Origin: a bacterium
Lineage (GTDB): Bacteria > Electryoneota > Electryoneia > Electryoneales > Electryoneaceae
DNA: 64,000 bases
Assembly: GCA_963669175.1 (NCBI GenBank)
Contig: OY769902.1
Location: 3,360,001 to 3,424,000 of the forward strand
Direction: 5' to 3'
This document shows, one piece after another, positions 55,560 to 64,000 of the stretch. Each line of letters begins with the position of its first letter. Within the stretch, counting starts at the first letter, position 1. The translations under genes were made by a program, and so were the position numbers. The notes under the pieces were generated by a model that was not told the origin of the DNA, did not search any database, and was given only the letters and a program-made list of their open reading frames with translations.

Positions 55560-58217
55560 ATGATACGGGGGGATGTTTTGACCGTAAAGCGAGTGCTGAT
55601 TGTCGCAGTTCTTCTGTTAAGCTGTCATGTTGCATTTGCGTTACCGGAAACGAAGTTAACAGCGGATGATGCGGCGGCGTCTGACAGATTCGGTCGGTCC
55701 GTTTCCATCAGCGGCGATTATGCTATTGTTGGCGCCTACCAGGACGATGATGCGGGTGATAATTCCGGCGCAGTTTACTTTTATTATCGGGATGGCGAGA
55801 CCTGGACGCAGCAAGCGAAGCTGACTGGTGATGATACGGATGCCGGTGATGCGTTCGGTGTTTCAGTATTCCTCTCGGGGGATTATGCCATTATTGGTGC
55901 CAGCAGCGATAATGAGGGCGGCTTCAGTTCCGGTGCGGCATTTATCTTTGTCCGGGATGGCGTAAACTGGATACAACAGGCAAAGTTGACTGCGGATGAC
56001 GCGGCTGCATACGACTATTTCGGGTGTCATGTTTCCCTCAGCGGCAATTATGCCGTCGTAGGCGCTTATGGCGATGATGATGGTGGCGGTTATTCCGGCT
56101 CAGCGTATATCTTCGTTCGTGATGGCGTGAACTGGTCTCAGCAGGCGAAACTGACTGCGGATGATGCGGTGGCAAGTGACAGATTCGGCTTGCACGTTTC
56201 CATCAGCGGCGACTATGCTCTCATTGGCGCTTCCAGCGATGATGACGCAGGCGCCAGTTCCGGCTCGGCTTACATCTTCGCACGTGATGGCGTAAACTGG
56301 CCTCAGCAGGCGAAACTGACTGCGGGTGATGCGGCTGCAAATGACATGTTCGGTAGTGACGTTTCCATCAGTGGTGACTATGCCGCAATCGGAGCATACG
56401 GAGATAGCGATGACGGGGAATTATCCGGCTCGGCGTATATCTTCCTTCGGAATGGCGTTGCCTGGAACCAGCAGGCGAAACTGACCGCATCGGATGCGGC
56501 AGCAGGTGACTGGTTTGGCAGGTCTATTTTCCTCAGCGGCGACTATTGCATCGTTGGCGCAGATGAAGATGGCAACTTCGGTAACGGCGCGGCTTACCTT
56601 TTCATCCGGGATGGAGAAAACTGGTCACAAGAGGAGATATTTGCGGCTTCGGATGGGGAGGCGGGAGACTTGTTCGGTTGTTCCGTTTCCCTTGATCATG
56701 ACAATGTCTTCATCGGCGCTTATAAAGATAATGATGATGGCGATGAGTCCGGCTCGTCATATGTCTATCTGCTTCGCGCCACACACTCCATTCCTCGCAG
56801 CGCCTATGTGATGATCGGCGTCCCCTACACTGTCAACGATGGTGATCCCCAGACACTTTTCAGAGATGACCTGAACGACAGCGATCCCGGCGTTCCTAAC
56901 TGGCGTTTAAGTCAATGGGATATGCTCAACCAGAAGTACATACGCTACCAGGAAACTGACTCGCCCGACGTCGGTGGCGATCAGGATCCCCCAGACTTTG
57001 CACCGGGGCAAGGCTACTGGCTATACCAGGATGTGGTTGCCAACTGTGAGCTGGATATTGAGATTGATCAATTGACTGGTGTTGTCCCGCAGAATGACTT
57101 CTACGATGTATTAATAAATCCACCGATGATAGATCCAGCGCAACGTGGTTTAACCATGGTTGCCAATCCGTTCAATTATACCTATGACTGGAGTACGACT
57201 CGTTTCTGGGATGGAGTACAGAGTGTAAGTATCGCCACTGCAGTGGCGTCCGGCTGGGTCAACGGTAACGCGTATACCTGGGATAGTGATGCTCAACAAT
57301 ATGTCCCGATCAGCTATGATGATGTGGATACGGACATTGCGAGCTGGAGTGGATTCTGGGTTGAACAGATAGATGAGAATCGTGAAATATATTTGCGATT
57401 CACCCCCGAAGGGTATGGCGCTGGTTTGCTCGCAGGCGGAGATGATGACAACCGTGGCGAACTCGACGAGGATGAATGGATCTTGTCATTGAATGTCATT
57501 AGCTGCGACGGCGAGAATCGTGACGAGTATAACAGGATTGGTGTCAGACACAACAGTGAAGATGGCTATGATGGGCTTGACGCCATGGAATTTACTCCGA
57601 TGGCTTCTGATTTTGTGCAACTGTATTTCTCGCACCTGGACTGGCCGGTATTGGCAGAGAACTTTACCTTTGACTACCGTTCTACCGACTTCAGTAGTGG
57701 CTCGAAGACTTGGTACTTCACCGTGCGGACATGGCAGTTGCCGGGTGAGGAACTGGAATTGACCTGGCCGGGGATTGAGGCGGTAGATGATGCCTACGAG
57801 CTGCTGCTGTACACCCCGGATAACACTGAGATCGATCTGCGGACTACCGACAGCTACACCTTCACCAGCGACAACGAAACGGACAGCCGCCAGGACTTTA
57901 TGATCGTCTGTCGTTTTGCGGGCAACGATGTGGCTGAGACAGCAGCGATCCCCGTGGACTTCGGCATTCATGACCTCTATCCGAACCCATTTAACGATCA
58001 GGTCCGCATCAGCTACGGCCTGCCGGAAGCGGGAGATGTCAAGCTGACCGTGTTCAACATTCTGGGACAGCAGGTGGCGCGGATTGTGGAGGGGAATCTT
58101 ACCTCCGGTCTGCACCATACTCAATGGCACGCGAAGAATATGGCCAGCGGGATGTACCTGGTCAAACTGGAAGCACAGGGGCAGAGTAGTATCCGCAAAG
58201 TACAGTTATTACGTTAG
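55560..58217 (+). CDS. Secreted FG-GAP repeat beta-propeller protein with C-terminal sorting domain
   Basis: Seven ~56-aa KLTA.DA...D.FG..VS.SGDYA..GA repeats; middle and C-terminal domains shared with 50870-53704. Confidence 0.88.
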   Translation: MIRGDVLTVKRVLIVAVLLLSCHVAFALPETKLTADDAAASDRFGRSVSISGDYAIVGAYQDDDAGDNSGAVYFYYRDGETWTQQAKLTGDDTDAGDAFGVSVFLSGDYAIIGASSDNEGGFSSGAAFIFVRDGVNWIQQAKLTADDAAAYDYFGCHVSLSGNYAVVGAYGDDDGGGYSGSAYIFVRDGVNWSQQAKLTADDAVASDRFGLHVSISGDYALIGASSDDDAGASSGSAYIFARDGVNWPQQAKLTAGDAAANDMFGSDVSISGDYAAIGAYGDSDDGELSGSAYIFLRNGVAWNQQAKLTASDAAAGDWFGRSIFLSGDYCIVGADEDGNFGNGAAYLFIRDGENWSQEEIFAASDGEAGDLFGCSVSLDHDNVFIGAYKDNDDGDESGSSYVYLLRATHSIPRSAYVMIGVPYTVNDGDPQTLFRDDLNDSDPGVPNWRLSQWDMLNQKYIRYQETDSPDVGGDQDPPDFAPGQGYWLYQDVVANCELDIEIDQLTGVVPQNDFYDVLINPPMIDPAQRGLTMVANPFNYTYDWSTTRFWDGVQSVSIATAVASGWVNGNAYTWDSDAQQYVPISYDDVDTDIASWSGFWVEQIDENREIYLRFTPEGYGAGLLAGGDDDNRGELDEDEWILSLNVISCDGENRDEYNRIGVRHNSEDGYDGLDAMEFTPMASDFVQLYFSHLDWPVLAENFTFDYRSTDFSSGSKTWYFTVRTWQLPGEELELTWPGIEAVDDAYELLLYTPDNTEIDLRTTDSYTFTSDNETDSRQDFMIVCRFAGNDVAETAAIPVDFGIHDLYPNPFNDQVRISYGLPEAGDVKLTVFNILGQQVARIVEGNLTSGLHHTQWHAKNMASGMYLVKLEAQGQSSIRKVQLLR

Positions 58218-58310
58218 GAATATCAGAAGAACAGGCAGATCCAGTTGAAGGTGTATACGCAAGTTTTGTTATTCAACGTGTTACGATACATAGAAGTGAT
58301 GGAGGGGACT

Positions 58311-58541
58311 GTGAAACACACACTAAGGGATATACGTCAACAGTTTGAAGCGCCGACATTGATTCCCATTGATCTTCTGCAGGAGTATGCGACGGGGCAG
58401 TATCTACCCGACGAACCAGATCCGCCGGGGCTGCCGGGTGGTGGCGCAGGAGCAGGTGCGGGAACGAGCTCAGGGTCCAGCGCTGAATCACCCAGCCCGG
58501 AAAGCGCCGGACCAAACAGCAGCACACCGCCCTGGCCATAA
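58311..58541 (+). CDS. Putative RiPP precursor peptide, copy 2 (76 aa)
   Basis: GGAGG RBS + GTG; FEAPTL...YATG; lies directly upstream of the PqqD/kinase operon. Confidence 0.75.
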   Translation: MKHTLRDIRQQFEAPTLIPIDLLQEYATGQYLPDEPDPPGLPGGGAGAGAGTSSGSSAESPSPESAGPNSSTPPWP

Positions 58542-58625
58542 GTCTCGAATGCGGATATGATTGATAGCTTGCAATTATTAGATTCTGATAGTATAAACAA
58601 GACAGCTTTGTAAGAGAGACGTACC

Positions 58626-59471
58626 ATGGCAGGACAGACAAAGACCTGGGAATGGTACAGGCATGTTCTGGCTATTTGCGGAATATGGCTGATCATGTGG
58701 ACTTTGTATGTTTTCAATAACTATCTAAGTACTACTATTATCACGCATTTAAGCTCCTTCTGGGCACATGTCTACCGCAATACAGCCGCCATGGTGTTGT
58801 ATGGTTTTACCGGTTACGAATTCATGCGATCCTACTACTTTGTGGAGAACAAGCTGAAGCCTTGGCAAGTAGGATTGATATGGATGATATTATCTATGAT
58901 TGCAGATTTCTTTTTCTGGAAATCCTTGTATAATCTTAGCTTTTCCTATATGTTGAAGCCTTATTACTTCTGGAAGGGGAGCCTGTATCCCTTGCAATTG
59001 GTAGTTCTGTTTCTGTCCCCGATTTTTGGGCACAGACGTCATAAGAAGCAACACTACCTGCAACTGAAAAAGGAAAACAAGCGGCACCAACGGTTGAATC
59101 GTCCACAGATCAAGGATTCGTACGAAGACTTGCTGAAACATATTGAGCAGCAGAAAAACAACAGTAACAGTAAACCTGAAGAGAAAGCTATGGCGGGGAT
59201 ACAGTATCGTGTTTATCCGGATGTACAGGTGCAGCATGATTTTAATGATCATGCGGTTGTATACGATCCTGAAAAGTCAGTCGCGTTCAGCATGAACGAG
59301 ATAGGCTCCCTTATCTGGAAAGCGCTGGAAGAAAAGGGGACAATTGAACACTGTGTGGAGGTATTGCAAGAGAAGTATGAGGATGCGCCTGACAATCTTG
59401 ATGTGATTGTCACGAACTATGTTGACACTCTGATTCAGAGGGGATTAGTGGGACGTGTTGACACTTTCTAA
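58626..59471 (+). CDS. Membrane domain fused to a C-terminal PqqD/RRE domain (ScmD-like)
   Basis: About 4 TM helices, then DFNDHAVVYDPE...FSMNEIGSLIWKAL...YVDTLIQRGLV; possible internal ATG at 59190. Confidence 0.75.
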   Translation: MAGQTKTWEWYRHVLAICGIWLIMWTLYVFNNYLSTTIITHLSSFWAHVYRNTAAMVLYGFTGYEFMRSYYFVENKLKPWQVGLIWMILSMIADFFFWKSLYNLSFSYMLKPYYFWKGSLYPLQLVVLFLSPIFGHRRHKKQHYLQLKKENKRHQRLNRPQIKDSYEDLLKHIEQQKNNSNSKPEEKAMAGIQYRVYPDVQVQHDFNDHAVVYDPEKSVAFSMNEIGSLIWKALEEKGTIEHCVEVLQEKYEDAPDNLDVIVTNYVDTLIQRGLVGRVDTF

Positions 59472-60429
59472 ATCACATTACCAACTGGAATTAGGAAAGA
59501 ATCAAACATGGGCGCTGACAGCGTCACCAAACTGTCAGCAATGGCTGGCGGAGTTTGCTCGTATCCTTCAACTGCAACAATGTGAGGGGGAAGCGGTTCG
59601 AAACTTCTGTTCTCTATTCTTTTGTACAGCTTCGGAAACACTCGGTCTCCAGGAATCGCTTTCCCAAAAGGATCAGGAGCTGAAAAACGGGGACGCGAAA
59701 TGGTCTGCTGTTCCACTTGGACGGAATCGTCTTCTCGCATGTCATCCTTTGTCACTTTTCATTGTTGAAATACAGGATACTGATCGTGGTCTGCATTCGT
59801 ACCAGGACATGTGGTATTCTTTACAGCCCGTATATCGTCGCACGCTTGAAATTGGCGGACTTCCGGTCCATGGTGCGGTACTGCTTCATGGTGATGAGGC
59901 CATCCTGGTTGCGGCTTCCGGTGGAACGGGGAAGTCTACATTCGCACGTCATGCCGCTGGTTCATGGCGGAGCATTTCGGATGATGAAGCGATCATTCTA
60001 CCTGCTGAAGTAGGCGGATTTAAAATCCATCCAATGCCTACCTGGAGCGATTATCTGCTTCAGCGCAACAGGCAAACATGGGATGTACAAACCGGGTATA
60101 CCCTGAAAGGGATCACTTTTCTGAAGCGTGCGGAAACGGAAACAGAATCAACTTCACCTATGGGGCAAGGGACAGCGTCCATATTACTGGTGCAGTCTGC
60201 ATCACAAGTATTGCAAAAGCGATGGCAGGATTCAAGTACAGACATAACGGTAGAAAGAAGAAAGAAACTATTCCAGGTTGCAGCAACGCTGGTCAGGGAA
60301 ATACCAGCCTATACGTTGAACGTGAGCAAACGGTCAACCATCTGGGATGATCTGACAGCAACAATTTTAAATGGTCCGACAGCAACGGAAGCGCATGAAA
60401 GATCCCATTCACAACGGCTATCAGACTAA
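59455..60429 (+). CDS. HPr-kinase-related P-loop protein, SynChlorMet ScmC-like
   Basis: GGLPVHGA, AASGGTGKST, ISDDE, HPMPTWSDYL...TWDVQ. Confidence 0.78.
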   Translation: MLTLSKSHYQLELGKNQTWALTASPNCQQWLAEFARILQLQQCEGEAVRNFCSLFFCTASETLGLQESLSQKDQELKNGDAKWSAVPLGRNRLLACHPLSLFIVEIQDTDRGLHSYQDMWYSLQPVYRRTLEIGGLPVHGAVLLHGDEAILVAASGGTGKSTFARHAAGSWRSISDDEAIILPAEVGGFKIHPMPTWSDYLLQRNRQTWDVQTGYTLKGITFLKRAETETESTSPMGQGTASILLVQSASQVLQKRWQDSSTDITVERRKKLFQVAATLVREIPAYTLNVSKRSTIWDDLTATILNGPTATEAHERSHSQRLSD

Positions 60430-61051
60430 ACCGCTACGTGATGTACATCTTCTTTTCTATCGTGGTGGCAGCATGTGGCCGCTCCTGCGGAAACATGACA
60501 GGCTGGCTGTGTGCCATATCGATTATAAAGACATACAGGCAGGGGATATCATTGTTTTTCAATTATCTGCGGAAAAGGGAAATATCGTTCATCGTGTCCT
60601 GACACTATCACCCCAGGGGATAATCACCAAGGGCGACAACAACCCGGACCGTGATCAGGAAGCGGTCAAACCGGAGCAGATCGCGGGGAAGGTAATACGT
60701 GTTCAACGCAGTGGCAGATGGTACTCACTGCAAAACCTGCCGCAACCTTCGAAAATATCTTCAACCTGGCGAGCAGGCATGATGCGTCTTGTGAAAACTG
60801 GACTGTTGGCAGCTCGGCCGCTACGTCCCATTATCACCTGGCAGATTGCCCGGTGGGGAAAGCTCACATCTTACACACGGTCACAGACACAAATGGAATA
60901 CCACCTGCACTTTATGGGTGTTTTCCTGGGCAAGTATATCAAAGGTCAATGGCATATTCGACCCGTTTTCCAACCGCTGATTAACACTGCGCAGTTGCCA
61001 TCCAGCTTTAGCGGACAGGTCTCAGAACATAGCTTCGAGACAGCGCAATGA
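60395..61051 (+). CDS. S24/S26 signal-peptidase-like protease
   Basis: GGSMWPLL (Ser), GDIIVF, IVHRV (His), ITKGDNN. Confidence 0.82.
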   Translation: MKDPIHNGYQTKPLRDVHLLFYRGGSMWPLLRKHDRLAVCHIDYKDIQAGDIIVFQLSAEKGNIVHRVLTLSPQGIITKGDNNPDRDQEAVKPEQIAGKVIRVQRSGRWYSLQNLPQPSKISSTWRAGMMRLVKTGLLAARPLRPIITWQIARWGKLTSYTRSQTQMEYHLHFMGVFLGKYIKGQWHIRPVFQPLINTAQLPSSFSGQVSEHSFETAQ

Positions 61052-62838
61052 CGGCATCTACTGACAATCTTCCCCTCATCCGCTTTGTTAAAACCATTTG
61101 GAGGTATACCAGGGGAACGATTGTTCTTACGCTGTGCCTGTCTGCTTTCACCAGTATTCTGGCCCTGCTTCAGCTTGTGATGCTGAAGTTCATTGTCGAT
61201 GGTATTTACACTTCGGTCGAAACCACCTCAGGTACTACAGCTATCAAACGCGTTTTACTCCCAATGGTGATCATTGGTGGTATTCAGCTCATACGTGTTT
61301 TCGTCAGGACTCTGAGCCGTTATGCCGGACAGAAGCAACTCCTTGTAATCCAGGATAAACTGCAGCATGACATGAATACCCATTCCGCGAATCTTAGCCT
61401 GGAGTATTACGAACAAGCCGGCAGCAAGGATATTATCCATCGCGCACAACGTGAAGCAGGCTACCGTCCAGCCACGATTATCCGCAACCTGAACGGCCTG
61501 ATTCAGTCTTTCTTTAACCTGTTGCTGGCTGGCGGGCTGCTGGTTTACCTGAACTGGCCAATCGCCCTGCTGTTGATGGTTTCCATGATCCCTCATTTTT
61601 TTGTTCGTTTACGAAATTCGGATGCGGTCTATGCACTGGAACGATCTCAGACTACCAATGAACGGCTGTCACGTTATTATGCCTGGATGGTCACCACGGA
61701 ATCCTATGCCAAGGACATCCGTTTATATCACCTGGGAAAGCTCTTTTCAGATCGCTACAGCGCTATCAGGGAATTGTTACGCAATGCTCGGCTTCGATTG
61801 GAACAAACCAACCTTGCGAAGGAATCCCTGGCGCAGCTATTCAGTGTGGTCGTGCTGCTTGGCAGTTTTGCCTGGCTACTGCTGCAAACCTCGAGCAACA
61901 CCCTCACCATAGGCAGTCTTGCCCTGTTTACTGGCGCAGCGCTACGTGGCTATGACGCGATCAAAGGCGGCACATTAAATACAGCGTCCATTATCGAGAA
62001 CAACCGTTTCCTGACCAACCTGTTTGAGTTCTTTGACCTTGAACCGGGGATAAAGGGTAACACCAACACAAAAGACGTAAAATCATCAGGGTTGGAATTG
62101 CACGACCTTTCGTTTACCTACCCAGGACAAACGAAACCAGCGCTTGAACATCTTAACCTGCGTATTGAACCCGGCGAGACTGTGGCGCTCGTTGGCCCCA
62201 ACGGCAGCGGGAAAACTACGCTGATCAAGCTGATTTGCCGACTCTACGATCCCACAGACGGTACGATCACCATGGGGGATGTGGATATAAAAACTCTGAT
62301 CCCGGAAGAGTACAGAAAATCGCTCGGCGTCGTTTTCCAGGACTATTCCCAGTTTCATCTTTCGGCTTCGGAGAATATCTCCCTGGGGAAAGCGTTTGAA
62401 CAGGTGCCATTGGAGGTTATCAGGGAGGCGGCTGTCAGGGCAGGCGTGGACGAACTGATTGAATCACTTCCTGACGGCTACGACACTATCCTGGGCAACT
62501 GGTTCGAAGGGAGCCGTCCATTAAGTATCGGTGAATGGCAGAAAGTCGCCCTGGCTCGAGCGTTGTTGCGTGAATCGCCCTTGTTGATCATGGATGAACC
62601 GACCAGCGCGATCGACATTCACGCCGAGAACGAATTCTATACCCAATTCGCGAGAATTGTCCGGGGACGTACCGTACTGATCGCCAGCCACCGATTGAAA
62701 ACAGTCACCATGGCAGACCGTATCATCCTGATGGAACGGGGACGTATTATCGCCGATGGTGACCATAGCGTACTTGAGAAATACGGTTACTCGACAAATC
62801 AGTCAAATGTCCAATCATCATTTTCACAGGAGCTATAA
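61048..62838 (+). CDS. ABC exporter, fused permease/ATPase
   Basis: 6 TM helices; GPNGSGKTT, LSIGEWQKVALAR, IMDEPT, SHR. Confidence 0.92.
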   Translation: MTASTDNLPLIRFVKTIWRYTRGTIVLTLCLSAFTSILALLQLVMLKFIVDGIYTSVETTSGTTAIKRVLLPMVIIGGIQLIRVFVRTLSRYAGQKQLLVIQDKLQHDMNTHSANLSLEYYEQAGSKDIIHRAQREAGYRPATIIRNLNGLIQSFFNLLLAGGLLVYLNWPIALLLMVSMIPHFFVRLRNSDAVYALERSQTTNERLSRYYAWMVTTESYAKDIRLYHLGKLFSDRYSAIRELLRNARLRLEQTNLAKESLAQLFSVVVLLGSFAWLLLQTSSNTLTIGSLALFTGAALRGYDAIKGGTLNTASIIENNRFLTNLFEFFDLEPGIKGNTNTKDVKSSGLELHDLSFTYPGQTKPALEHLNLRIEPGETVALVGPNGSGKTTLIKLICRLYDPTDGTITMGDVDIKTLIPEEYRKSLGVVFQDYSQFHLSASENISLGKAFEQVPLEVIREAAVRAGVDELIESLPDGYDTILGNWFEGSRPLSIGEWQKVALARALLRESPLLIMDEPTSAIDIHAENEFYTQFARIVRGRTVLIASHRLKTVTMADRIILMERGRIIADGDHSVLEKYGYSTNQSNVQSSFSQEL

Positions 62839-62842
62839 ACAG

Positions 62843-64000
62843 ATGCGACCGGCTTATCAAAACAGACGCCCTCATCTTCTTTCCCTGCTGACCAAAGAAC
62901 AACGCCTGATGTTCAGGTTGTTGTGGATGAAACCGCTGGCAGGAAGGAGGGGAAGGGAAGCGGAGATAGTAGATGAACGAATTATCCAGCTCGCAAAAAG
63001 TTATGAGCAGTTGACTAATGAACAGTGGAACTCTTTCCAGCGATTTTCACTGCACCAGGGATTGAGCAGTGAGGTCTGGCGGCTTCTGAATCACTACAAC
63101 CTTGCTGCACATGTCCCGGATGAAATCCGCAACCGTTTTGCAGAGACTCACAGGAATGATGTTGCACGTTCCATGGCGTTGAAAAGCCAGCTTGTGAAAG
63201 CGCTACGCCAGGTGTGCAACTCAGGGATCCGTATTGTTGCCCTGAAAGGCTCCACACTGGCGCATACCCTGTACGCAAACCCGGCCTGCCGTACCATGCG
63301 TGATATCGATCTGCTGGTCAGGAAAGAAGATGTCGAAGCCACCGTTGCTTCGCTGGAAGAGATCGGGTATCACACAGTCCCCATGCCGGCACACCTGGAC
63401 GCTCGTATCGAGGGACATGTCCTGCTGATCGCGCCAGGGACCGGGGCTAAAATCGAACTGCACTTTTTCCCCGGCCGCAACTTCTTCCCGGCACTGGAAC
63501 AAGACAACAACGGCGCTTTCTGGGACCGGATCCGCCCCATGTCATCCCCAGCGCAGGCGGGGATCTCGGGGTTCTCTGCGGTGGACAATCCCATTGAGCG
63601 ACCACTCGATCCAGCGGACAGCGAACATCAGCCAATACGTCCTGTCATATCATCCTCAACTACTTCCATATCATCCTCTCGCCCTATGTCATCCCAACCC
63701 CTTGTGTCATCCCCTCGCCCCATGTCATCCCCAGCGCAGGCGGGGATCTCGAGGTTCTCTGCGGTGGACAATCCCAGTGAGCAACCACTCGATCCAGCGG
63801 ACAGCGAACATCAGCCAAGACATCCTGTCATATCATCCTCTCACCCCCAATCATCCTCAGCCCATATGTCATCTCCAGCGAAAGCGGGGATCTCGGGGTT
63901 CTCTTCGGTGGACAATTCCAATGAGCAACCGCCCTGCGAACTGAGCCCGGAAGACGCCCTGCTGTATCTGTGTACCCATGTTTCCGGCCACGGTTACCAG
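62843..64000 (+). CDS. Nucleotidyltransferase family protein (NTP_transf_5-like), 3' truncated, with in-frame repeat insertion
   Basis: Absent from the ORF track (no stop in window); manual translation gives LKGSTLAHTLY..PACRTMRDIDLLV, IELH, FWDR and LSPEDALLYLCTH. Confidence 0.82.
   Translation, partial: MRPAYQNRRPHLLSLLTKEQRLMFRLLWMKPLAGRRGREAEIVDERIIQLAKSYEQLTNEQWNSFQRFSLHQGLSSEVWRLLNHYNLAAHVPDEIRNRFAETHRNDVARSMALKSQLVKALRQVCNSGIRIVALKGSTLAHTLYANPACRTMRDIDLLVRKEDVEATVASLEEIGYHTVPMPAHLDARIEGHVLLIAPGTGAKIELHFFPGRNFFPALEQDNNGAFWDRIRPMSSPAQAGISGFSAVDNPIERPLDPADSEHQPIRPVISSSTTSISSSRPMSSQPLVSSPRPMSSPAQAGISRFSAVDNPSEQPLDPADSEHQPRHPVISSSHPQSSSAHMSSPAKAGISGFSSVDNSNEQPPCELSPEDALLYLCTHVSGHGYQ
63539..63930 (+). 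repeat. Three direct repeats starting with a REP-like palindrome, inside the coding frame
   Basis: atgtcatc(c/t)ccagcg(cag/aaa)gcggggatctc at 63539, 63722 and 63866; extra tcatcc sub-repeats about every 18 bp. Confidence 0.85.

Noticed and set aside
55640-56770. ~168-bp periodic DNA repeats that could look like an array
   Set aside because: They are the coding FG-GAP repeats of the 55560-58217 protein, with no repeat-spacer structure
63539-63930. Possible CRISPR array
   Set aside because: Only three units with irregular 183/144-bp spacing, similar rather than unique intervening sequence, inside an open frame, and no cas genes
63594-63944. 116-aa His/Pro-rich ORF from the track
   Set aside because: Alternative frame of the repeat insert; the nucleotidyltransferase frame carries the conserved motifs on both sides

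Overview
Bacterial chromosomal window of roughly 50% GC. Seven secreted proteins end in a PNPFN/PNPSQ-type C-terminal sorting (T9SS/Por-like) domain, which suggests an FCB-superphylum organism (inference). The left half is mostly housekeeping: a class V aminotransferase, elbB, a NusG-II/Gx transporter pair, a GAF histidine kinase with a sigma54 response regulator, a HybA/HybB/tetraheme cytochrome c3 operon with Rex-like boxes, rnr, tauE, an S8 peptidase and a 1558-aa acyl-CoA synthetase-GNAT fusion. It also holds a PARIS-like defence pair whose DUF4435-like gene is split by an IS3 element. The right half is accessory. It has a VTC/DUF4956/HlyD + CotH kinase/lamin-tail cluster and a 1788-bp IS-like element (21-bp TIRs, TTA duplication) encoding only two DUF1670-like paralogs with no recognisable transposase. 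It also has three copies of a ~120-bp hairpin element with covarying stems, two modular secreted paralogs each followed by a near-identical short peptide gene, and a SynChlorMet-like/lasso-like RiPP maturation operon. The nucleotidyltransferase in that operon carries an in-frame insertion built from REP-like palindromes. No rRNA, tRNA or CRISPR array was recognised. All calls are from visual motif recognition only.
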